Source: Macrostomum lignano (taxonomy: Eukaryota). From it: 61,729 bases of DNA. The notes below the pieces were generated by a model that did not search any database, had not been told where the DNA came from, and saw nothing but the letters and a program-made list of their open reading frames with translations. Location of the stretch: assembly GCA_002269645.1 (NCBI GenBank), contig NIVC01004075.1, positions 1 through 61,729 of the forward strand. The letters run 5' to 3'. Made by a program: the position numbers and the translations under genes. Shown one piece after another: positions 46,163 to 56,690 of this stretch. Position 1 is the first letter of the stretch, and every line of letters begins with the position of its first letter.

Positions 46163-49100
46163 TCAGGCCTTCTGGTAGCACTTGTTGCACACTCGTACTT
46201 CTATGTCCCAGCCGCGGGCGGGCACGGGCTGGCGCTTAGGCGAGCAGGGGTCGCAGACGCCCATGCCGCAGCGCCGGCAGTGGTGAATGCTCCGCTTGCT
46301 GTGGAACGGCTTTTCGCAGCAGCTGCACTGGCTGATGTCATCGTCGCGCTGCCAGTAGGAGGGCCTGGCGAAGCTTTTGATAGCACCGGCGGTGCTGCTG
46401 TACACAGAGCCGCAGGCGGAGGTCAGCAGTTCGGTGTACTGCCGCAGCTTCGTGTCGTTAGCGACCACCGAGGCTGGCGCGCTGCCGGAGCTGCTGTAGC
46501 AGGTCTCGCATACCCGCACCTGACATCCGGACAGAATATAGAAGCTTATGTAAACAGTTGCTGCTTACAGAATCTCCTATTTTAATAAGCGTCTGATGCT
46601 ATATTCCTCATTTGCTATATCACCTTTTCAGACTGATTCCATCTGATCTCCCAATTCTGATCCCACCTGATCTCCCAGTTCTGATCCTATCTACTATCCC
46701 AGTTCTGATCCCATCTGATCTGTCAATTATGATCCCATCTGATGTGTCAATTATGATCCCATCTGATGTGTCAATTATGATCCCATCTACTCTCCCAGTT
46801 CTGATCCCATCTGATCTGTCAATTATGATCCCATCTACTCTCCCAGTTCTGATCCCATCTGATCTGTCAATTATGATCCCATCTACTCTCCCCAGTTCTG
46901 ATCCAATCTGCTCTCCCAATTCCGATCCCATCTCTCAGGCCAACAGCAAACCCAAGAGGAGTGTGATGCCCACCTTATCAGAGCCGTAGCCGCTGACATG
47001 AGCCCTGTAGTTGCTGCAGCGGTGGCAGAAACCTTGGCCGCAGCTTCGGCAGTGATGCTTGTCCATGTCCGGCTCTTCTAAAAAGCTCAGGCCGCAGCGG
47101 TGGCACTTTTCTATCTGACTGTTTGGCACCCAGTTGGAGGGCGCGATACTGTCCGATATGTAGTCCGTTATCACCTGGCAAGTGGGGTATTTCAGTCGCG
47201 GTTATTGGTATTGAATGGTGAGGGATCTCAGTTGGTCTGGTGCTGGGATATTCTAATTCTTCAGTAGTTTCATACAGTCTGGGAAATCAGAGGGTCAGAG
47301 GACACATGGTCAGGGGTGTATAAGAAGTATCAGACAGTCAGGAGCGCCAAAAGGTCAAGTGTGTCTGATGAGGTGTCAGATGACCAGGGTGTCAGACGGT
47401 CAAAAGCTAGTGTCAGAGGGCAGGGCTGTCAGATGGTCAGTAGTGTCAGATGATCAGGGTGTCAGATGATCAGGGTGTCAGATGATCAGGGTGTCAGATG
47501 ACCAGGGTGTCAGACATTCAAGAGCTAGTGTCAGAAGACAGGGCTGTCAGATGGTCAGTAGTGTCAGATGGCAAGGGTGTCAGATGATCAGGGTGTCAGA
47601 TGACCAGGGTGTCAGACATTCAAGAGCTAGTGTCAGAAGACAGGGCTGTCAGATGGTCGGTAGTGTCAGATGACCAGGGTGTCAGACGGTCAAAAGCTAG
47701 TGTCAGAGGGCAGGACTGTCAGATGGTCAGTAGTGTCAGACGGCAAGGGTGTCAGACGGTCAAGAGCTAGTGTCAGAGGGCAGGACTGTCAGATGGTCAG
47801 TAGTGTCAGATGGCAAGGGTTCAGACGGTCAGACTAGTACAAACCTGCGTCGGCAGGGCGGCGCTAACGGAGCTGACGGCAAAGTTGACGCCATCCAGCA
47901 GTCGCTGAGCGGCATTCAGCGAGCCTTCAGCTCCGGGCACAACGTCGGCGTCGTCCCAGACGTGGCGAACCTCGGAGCGGACCACTTTGGCCCGCTCGGG
48001 ATCCTCGTTGCCGTACCAGTGCTGCCGGCTGCGGTAGATAACGCCGCAGGTGGGGCACTCTAGCACGTAGCCGGACCAGGCGTACTTGGCCAGGCCAAAC
48101 AGGCCAGACTCGCCGCGGCCGCTCAGCTGAAAGAAATGAACCGGCTTCGGGATCTATTGCCTGCACAATTTGGCCGCTTGCCAAGCCATTCTGAAATCCG
48201 CAAATTCTCATGACTGGCATCTGCTAATCCCGCAGTGCACTAATTCTCATGCAGTCTGGCGATAATCTCGCAGTGCACTTATTCTCATGACTGTCTGGTA
48301 TCTGCTAATGCCGCAGTGCACTAATTCTCATGCAGTCTGGGGATAATCTCGCAGTGCACTTATTCCCATGACTGTCTGGTATCTGCTAATGCCGCAGTGC
48401 ACTAATTCTCACGCAGTCTGGGGATAATCTCGCAGTGCACTTATTCTCATGACTGTCTGGTATCTGCTAATGCCGCAGTGCACTAATTCTCACGCAGTCT
48501 GGGGATAATCTCGCAGTGCACTTATTCTCATGACTGTCTGGTATCTGCTAATGCCGCAGTGCACTAATTCTCATGCAGTCTGGCGATAATCCCGCAGTGC
48601 ACTTATTCTCATTCAGTCTAGCATTATCTGAGCTTTGTTAATTTTCAACACACCTGATAAGCCACATCATTCCGCTGCCCTCTAAGATAGCAGGTCTCGC
48701 ACAGGAACACTTTGTTATCCCGTTCGGCTGTGTAGCGGCAGTTCGAATCCGGCGGCGCCAGGTGACCGCGACCCCCAGCCGAGCCGTGGTTCATGCTGAG
48801 GGTGCACTTGGCCTGGCAGCACACGCACCGGCTGCCACAGGTGAAATACTCGTCGGGGAAGACGCTCCTACGCAGATCGGATATCTGGCCGGAGAATTTC
48901 TCGTTTAGAGCGCGCAGCATGCCGTAGATGACTCTGATGGGACGGGGCGAGCGAATTTCGTTAGAGTGCAGCGCCCGGTGCAGGCGCTTGCGCAAAGGCT
49001 CGAAATTGGTCGGCTGGCCGGGCGAGCTGCGAATGCCGACGTAAATCAGTTTGGCGTAGGCGCACGACTTGCCAGTAGAGTTCAGTCGCTCGAATCTGTC

Positions 49101-51341
49101 GCGCAAGTCCTGCGCGAGAAGAGTATTTTATACGTGGGGCAAACTGAACACGGTACTCTAAGTAGAATAATTGGAAGCTTTAGTTATTGTAGCGAATTAG
49201 CAACGATTGGGTCTCCAGGGAGCACGGCAATTTACTGACTGCCAATGATTTAGATTAGAGTTTAAGGTAGGGTTAAGGCTAGGGTCTAAGATGGGTTCGG
49301 GTTAGGGTTTAGGAATGCTGCTTTGGGATATAGACTATAGAATAGGCTTAGTCCAAGGTTTAGTCAGTCAGTCAGTCAGTGAGCCAGCTCATACCTGATC
49401 ACCGCCAGCCAGAGTCTCGGTGTGATGCGTCTCGTGGAACACGATCGCTTTAAGCCCGAAACGCGACAGTGGCGCAATGTTGCCCGAATCCTCTTTGGGA
49501 ATGGCTTTGACCAGCTCGTCTTTAAAGTGCTCAGTGTAGGAACGGCTGGCGTCCCCCAGAAACAGGAACATGTCGTTCTGCAGCCGGTCGGCCTTGATGC
49601 GGTACAGGATTATGTCGCTGATGGCCAGGATCTGCGGCAGCGGCGAGTGGGAGATCTTAACAATGACAGCCACCTCGGTAAATCTGCCACTACACCAGCT
49701 CTAACTGTAGAATCTGCCACTACACCAGCTCTAACTGTAGAATCTGCCACTACACCAGCTCTAACTGTAGAATCTGCCACTACACCAGCTCTAACTGTAG
49801 AATCTGCCACTACACCAGCTCTAACTGTAGAATCTGCCACTACACCAGCCCAAACTGTAGAATCTGCCACTACACCAGCCCCAACTGTAGAATCTGCCAC
49901 TACACCAGCTCTAACTGTAGAATCTGCCACTACACCAGCTCTAACTGTAGAATCTGCCACTACACCAGCTCTAACTGTAGAATCTGCCACTACACCAGCT
50001 CTAACTGTAGAATCTGCCACTACACCAGCTCTAACTGTAGAATCTGCCACTACACCAGCCCTAACTGTAGAATCTGCCACTACACCAGCCCCAACTGTAG
50101 AATCTGCCACTACACCAGCCCCAACTGTAGAATCTGCCTTTGCCACTACACCAACCCTAACTGTAGAATCTGCCACTACACCAGCTCTAACTGTAGAATC
50201 TGCCACTACACCAGCTCTAACTCTAGAATCTGCCACTACACCAGCCCTAACTGTAGAATCTGCCACTACACCAGCCCCAACTGTAGAATCTGCCACTACA
50301 CCAGCCCCAACTGTAGAATCTGCCTTTGCCACTACACCAACCCTAACTGTAGAATCTGCCACTACACCAGCCCAAACTGTAGAATCTGCCACTAAACCAG
50401 CTCTAACTGTAGAATCTGCCCCTACACCAGCCCTAACTGTAGAATCTGCCACTAAACCAGCTTTAACTGTAGAATCTGCCACTACACCAGCCCCAACTGT
50501 AGAATCTGCCTTTGCCACTACACCAGCCCCAACTGTAGAATCTGCCACTACAAAGGCCCTAACTGTAGAATCTGCCACTACACCAGCCCTAACTGTAGAA
50601 TCTGCCACTACACCAGCCCTAACTGTAGAATCTGCCACTACACCAGCCTCAACTGTAGAATCTGCCACTACACCAGCCCAAACTGTAGAATCTGCCTTTG
50701 CCACTACACCAACCCTAACTGTAGAATCTGCCACTACACCAGCCTCAACTGTAGAATCTGCCACTACACCAGCCCAAACTGTAGAATCTGCCACTACACC
50801 AGCCTCAACTGTAGAATCTGCCACTACACCAGCCTCAACTGTAAAATCTGCCACTACACCAGCCCTAACTGTCCATCAAGTCCCCTACCCTCCATCATAA
50901 AATATGTGAGCTGTCTCTCTCCTTTATCACCTTGAGCAGCAGTCGGGTGCGCTGATTCTCATTAGAAGTCTCTCCCTGCAGACCCTCGGTGTCCAGCACC
51001 AGAGCCCGACTCTGACTGTCCAGCGCGGCCCAGACCCCAACCGTGCAGCTCTCCGGCCTGGCCGACGTGGCAAACACCGGCCTGCCGTCGAAGAAGGCAT
51101 GATTCAGCGTATGCGATTTGCCGTCACCGGTCTTGCCAAATATGGAAACCACTTTGACTGGCGTGTCCGGCCGGCAGTTGAGTCGCTGGCACAGTTCGTC
51201 CGCCGAGCTGCACTGCAGTTCCTCGTCGCAGTTGATCAGTAGGGTGGACTCAATGGCCGGGTGCTCGGCGATGTCTTTCTCAACTGGCCGAGTGTCGTTC
51301 AGGCTGAGGCTGTCCATGCCAGTGTCAAGGCCGCTGCTCAT
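46163..51341 (-). CDS. ZFYVE1: ZFYVE1/DFCP1 double-FYVE P-loop NTPase, ~647 aa, 6 exons (51341-50931, 49631-49395, 49109-48654, 48126-47845, 47174-46974, 46519-46163)
   Basis: KVVSIFGKTGDGKSHTLNH, DTEG, QRTRLLLK|ILAISD, FPDEYFTC, GLAKYAWSGYVLECP.CG..YRSRQ.WYGN, and two FYVE domains. All joins are in-frame GT-AG. The start Met is inferred. Confidence 0.94.
46630..46930. repeat. TGATCCCATCT-based minisatellite, ZFYVE1 intron 5
   Basis: Alternating GATCCCATCTGATCTGTCAATTAT / ACTCTCCCAGTTCT subunits. Confidence 0.85.
47350..47835. repeat. GTGTCAGA-based complex minisatellite, ZFYVE1 intron 4
   Basis: Recurrent GTGTCAGATG/GTCAGACGG blocks. Confidence 0.85.
48225..48612. repeat. 81-bp minisatellite (dimer of GCAGTGCACT..ATTCTCAT subunits), ZFYVE1 intron 3
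   Basis: About 4.7 units, period 81. Confidence 0.9.
49680..50872. repeat. 30-bp minisatellite (GAATCTGCCACTACACCAGCTCTAACTGTA), ~39 copies with 36-bp variants, ZFYVE1 intron 1
   Basis: Period 30; occasional TTTGCC insertion variants. Confidence 0.95.
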
Positions 51342-51377
51342 CTCCGCGACTGTCAGGGCATGAGAAATATAAACATG

Positions 51378-51387
51378 GTCACGTGAC
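51378..51387. promoter_or_regulatory. CLEAR/E-box palindrome GTCACGTGAC upstream of ZFYVE1
   Basis: Perfect 10-mer ~36 bp upstream of the inferred ATG. Confidence 0.55.
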
Positions 51388-51989
51388 AGCTGTTTTGCCC
51401 AATAGCGACACAACTTCAAGTGTTAACAATCGAAGGGGTGCAGTTTTAATATGAAAAATATTAGTTTACTTAAAAGAGTCCAGGGAAGATTAATGTGCAT
51501 TGGTGGGCTGAAGCTAGAAGCTAGAAGCTAAATTCAGGTATTTAGAGTTAGAATCTGACATTTAGAATTAGCATAATTCTAAAATAAATTAGGATGCTAA
51601 CATGCAAGACAAGAATCAAAAGGTGCAAACTCTTTTGCTGCACTTTTTCATTTAGTCTGGCACAAATTAACTTCTGACTATAATAGGACTTATATCCAAA
51701 ATGTCATTCTAGTGTGTACCTTCCACTTTTGGTGTAAGACCAAGATGGCCACACATTGGATCTCTATCAATCTAGGCCTCTCTCTCTACCATCAATTAGA
51801 AACTTAATAGTTATTGGTATATTAATTATTATATAACATGTTATAAATCAATTATATTCATAAAAAACTGATAATAATAGGATTGACCCTATCAATTCTA
51901 TCACTATCAGTTTATTAGGAAACAATTGCTACAAGTAAAGTTATGTAAAAAATTGGATAAATACAGGGCCTATTTCAAGAAGATTTCAA

Positions 51990-53345
51990 GAAGAGAGGAT
52001 AAAGAGATGATAGAAAAGACAGTAGATATGAGAGATAAGAGATTAAAGATGACCAAGGGGAGAGAAGAGAAGAGTGACGCAGGAATAATGAAGAGGAGGA
52101 GCAAAGAGAAGAGAATATAGAGGGAAAAAAGGAGGGGAAAGAGGAAAAATGAGAGAGCAAAGGAGGGAGGAAAGATGGGAAGAGAGAAGAGGGATAAGAG
52201 AATACAGAGAGAGAGAAGAGACAGGAAAGATGAGACAAGAGACGGTAGAGAGAAGAGGGGAAAGATGAGAGATGAAAAAGAAGAGGGTAAGAGAGAAAAT
52301 AGGAGTATGAGAAATGAGAGCAAAGAGGAGAGACAAGAGAGAAAAGAGAAGCGAGAGAAAAGAGAAGCAATAGATAAGCGAGTAGAGATGAGAGATGAGA
52401 GAAGAGAAGAGATAAAAGAGAATAAAGAGAAGACAGGAGAGAAGAGATAAGAGAGAAGAAGAGAGAGAAAGAGGCTAGAAGAGAAGGGAGAGAGGAGAGA
52501 GATGAGAAAAGAAATGAGAGGGCAAAGGGAAAGATGAGAAAATAGAGATGAGAATGCAGAGATGAGAGAGGAGATAAGAGCAAAGAGCAGAGAAGAGATT
52601 AGATAAAAGAGCAAAGAGGAGAGAGGAGACAGGAGAGAGTCTCAGCCTGGACAAAAGCAGTCAATTTTTGTAAACAGGGAAAACATGCTATGATATTTCA
52701 GAGGTTTTATGGAGGATTTGGAAGATTTAGAAGATTTTAGACATATACCCAGACAAGTAAAAAGCATATTTTTATAGATTTCAGTTTCATAGTCTTGATT
52801 GATTGAAATTTGAGAGAGATAATATTTTTTTAATTGATGGATTATAGATTGAAGGAGATAGTACATGCTGGATTATAATTTAATAGAGAGGATTTTGATG
52901 ATATCTGCTTCATAGAGAGGATAAAATGGCTAAATGAAAGGGAATAAAGAAAAGAGAAAAGGAAAGAGTAGATAAAAGATTAGATGAAAGAGAATATGAA
53001 AAGAGAGAATTAAAAGGGATAGATTAGAGAAAAAAGAGAATAAAGGCAAGAGAAGAGATGAGAGAATTGAGAAGAGAGGGGAGAGGGGGTAAGAGAGGAG
53101 AAACAGGAGACAGAGGGAGTAGAGCTGAAAGACGAGAGAGAAGAAATAAATGAGTAGAGATGAGGAGAGAAAAGCAAGAGGATAAGGGAGAGAGGAGAGG
53201 AGAGAAAGTAGAGAGATGAGAGAGCAGAGAGGAGATAAAAAAGAAGAGAGAGGAAAAAGTAGAGAGGAAAAAGTAATGAGGAGAAAGAAGAGAGTAGAGA
53301 TGAGAGATGAGAGAGCAAAGAGGAGAGAAGAGATAGATAAGAGTC
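51990..53345. repeat. Low-complexity GA-rich tracts (51990-52640, 52930-53345)
   Basis: Nearly pure A/G on the plus strand. Confidence 0.9.
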
Positions 53346-55484
53346 TTAGACTAGATGATGGCAGGCAATCAATTTTTGCAAACAGATAAAACAACATGGT
53401 TATTGAAAGGTTAATAGAGGATTTGGATAATGGGATTCATGTCATTGGATTCAGCTGATGGATTTCAGGGAATGAAATTCTGGCAATAGGAGTTCTATCC
53501 CCTTACTCTGCCAATGGAGGAGTTGGCCTTATATAGGGCCTAGGCCCTACTATATAGCCATTATAATATTGTTATTTATTTAAAAAAATTATTTTTTATT
53601 TATAAGGCCTAGGCCCTAATCCAACAATTTATAATATAATATAGTTATAATATAAATAATAAGGCAAACTGAAAATCATTATGCCTAGGCCTAACAATCA
53701 ATTAGACAAGGATTAGTATATTGTCTATATATAAGAAAATATGCTATAATCTAGATAGGCCTGGTTAGATTAGGCCCCCCTAGTTAGATCTTCATTGTTA
53801 AATTTAAAGTAATTAGGCCTAATTAATATCACCTTTAATTCAGGGGTCAGATAGGGCCCATAGATAAAAGCAACTAGGCTATACTGCTAAGATGAAAGTA
53901 GATCAGGCCTAGAATAAATTTATTTAAAAAAATTTATTTATTATTTATAAGGCCTAGGCCTTATCAACCCAATTATTTAGGCCTAGCTATAAAACTAGGC
54001 CTAGGGCCTAGGCCCCTTTAAATTTAGTCTATCATTTACTAGCTTATAAATATAGCTATTGCTATGTCATTTCATAATCAGACTAGGCCTAGGCCTACTT
54101 ATTACTTGTAGACATAGACCTGGTAGGCAGGCCCTAAGTAAATTCTAATACAGGTAAAGGCCCTAGCCCTAGCCCCTAGGCCAGGGCCTAGGCAGCTAGG
54201 CTTAATTAAACTAGAACATGCAATTAAGGCCTATATTAGTTTTTTGTTTGCCCTAGTAGGCCTACTAAATATACTTGAGTCTTGACAATTAATAGCATTA
54301 GGAGTCAGGACTAGGTATTATAGGCAGGCCTAGCTATTGTGCTGCCCCATCCATAGTCTAGACTAGAGGCTAGAGGCCTAGAGCTAGAGGCTCATTCCAT
54401 ATAAGCATGGTCGTAACATGACAGGTTATTTTTACTTATAAAATGAAATCTAATAATAGATTATACTAAACCAATATTTCAAATGAAAGATTATTTTGTC
54501 TAGAATATATTTATAGAGTTTCATATAGATATCATCATTAGTATAGATGCTATTAAACCTTAAATGACACTTATGGTCGTAACAACAGGATTTTTGACAT
54601 ATAGAAACTAAAAGGTAAAAGTCTTATAACATTTTTCATTTTTGATATTTTGCAATACATTTTTAAAATTTGACTAAGAACATCTTTAGAAATCATACTC
54701 TTTTATTAGAATATATAAACTCAAAAGGCAACAAAGATACAAAAGAAAAGGCAGCCTTATGGTCGTAACATTATGGTCGTAACATATTTTTTTCTGTCAA
54801 TTCAGTAACTTTGAGGTACTAATACATTAAAAATATAATAGATTATTTGGTCACCAATGCTTTTATCTGATGATGCAAGTACTATACTTTTATCTATAGT
54901 TTGTTTCAACCTTCAAAAGCTTTCTATTTGTTTTTAAAAGGTACAAAATCTTAATGATGTCTTTTGCTTCGAAAAATGTCCAAATTTTTACAAAAATGAC
55001 TTTTTGCCAATTGATAACATACTAATCCAACATTTTACCATTCCTTTATTCTTAGATTGTATATATTGCACAATATAAACATTTGGTAAAAAAATAGGCT
55101 AATTAGGCAATGGCAAGCAAAAATATTGACTTTTTTCTATTTTCCAAATATGTCCATCTTATATGGAATGAGCCTAGAGCAAAAAGGGTTAGGCCTACTG
55201 CCTACTGGCCTATGCTATGGTTCATGCCTATAAAAATAGACTCTTTTTCTTTTAAAGGCGCATGTTTAGGAGTTACTTCGATAGCCTTTGGCCTTCGATT
55301 AACAGTGCATACGCCTACCATACAAGGCACATTGCACAGTTATGGTTAGGCTTATATGATATTGATATTGCAATCCCAGTCCCTTTTGATTGCATCATCA
55401 ATCAACAATCAACCCAACATCGCCCTTAAGGCTTCTTTATTCAACGGTTAATGATTTATTTTAATTCTAAATATTTTTCCGACC

Positions 55485-56434
55485 TGTAATAAACTTTTGC
55501 ATAAATCAGCTTTAGATTTTTAATATTAGATTGTTTACATTACTTTGTTTAGTAAGATCTTGTTTTCAAGAAATTTCACTATTTGATTCAAACTAATTGT
55601 TGGCTGGCCAATTCGCGAAAGCGAAATGGACGTTGGGTCAGGTTCAGAGTCCGAAGAAAAAAGTGACCAGGAGCAAACTATTTTGTTTGTGAATAAATTT
55701 TGCCAATAGCTGGATTCCTACTTTTTCATAAACCAATTAATAGAATGGTGAATGACAATGTTTTATAAGGTAGATATTGATATTTGATAACAATGTACAC
55801 AGTACACACCAGGGTCAGGATCGTGTACCGCTGTACGCCGGAACGAAAATTGCTTCCGTAGCTCATGCACGCCAATGTACGCCAACGAACTTTTTATCGC
55901 ATACAAAAATACGCCAAAATAGAAATTACAAACTACAACTAATATGAAAAGCTTGCACAATTTTAATATTTGATCAACCTATGAGTTAAAACTGAAAATC
56001 TTTTTACTAAACTGTAGAGAACTAGTTCATTTTAACTAATTTCGTTTTACTTTTACTTTCTTAGAAAGGTTAAGCCCGGTTTTTTAAATTTAGTTTTTGT
56101 AGCCGCGTATTCTTGAGTTTTAACTGCCGGGACTTCTTTAGTCAGAGAAAAACTTGATTTATTTGCGTTCCAGCTTGCTTGATTAAATAGACTGACCGCG
56201 ATGGGGGAGGGCAGGGTGAAAAACGCAGCTTAGAAAATCCTAACCAATCGGATTTCGCCGATAGGGTAGGCACTAAGCACTCTATTGGTTGGGGCTCGTT
56301 ATTCACGCGTTTTCAGCCAATCAGAAACAAAAAGAAATTTCTAGAAAAGGCTATACGCAGGGGTGGGGTGACGCAGAAAGAAATACGGAGAAAACACTAG
56401 AAGTGCACGCGCACGCAAATTGAGCACTATTACA
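55485..56434 (-). repeat. Probable 3' LTR (~950 bp) of the second Gypsy element
   Basis: Perfect 7-bp inverted termini TGTAATA...TATTACA, preceded on the minus strand by PPT GAAAGGGGAG (56439-56448). The partner LTR is outside the window. Confidence 0.65.
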
Positions 56435-56690
56435 AAAGCTCCCCTTTCAACAGTTTAATGTCCTCATTAAACCCAAGGGGTGGAAACGACAGATGAAAGC
56501 TACTCCAATAGGGAAGAACAGAACCAGCTGTAGCAAATAGAACAATTCGAGATAACCGGGTTTCGAACAATTAAATCTAAATCAGGATTACTAAGCTAAT
56601 AGATAGACGCTATTAAAAAGTTCTAGACCTACGACCTATAAAGCAAAACTGCTGGCTACAACCAGTCAGTCAGTCCTCAACGTGCGTTAG

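Noticed and set aside
49260-49315. Telomere-like TTAGGG/TTTAGG words in ZFYVE1 intron 2
   Set aside because: Only one or two exact units in a degenerate patch; not an interstitial telomeric array.
49422-50900. Mucin-like (ESATTPALTV)n 492-aa ORF
   Set aside because: 30-bp intronic minisatellite antisense to ZFYVE1; no signal peptide, and the N-terminus is just the antisense of exon 2.
51926-53397. Leu/Ser/Phe-rich and Arg/Glu-rich ORFs
   Set aside because: Low-complexity GA tracts.
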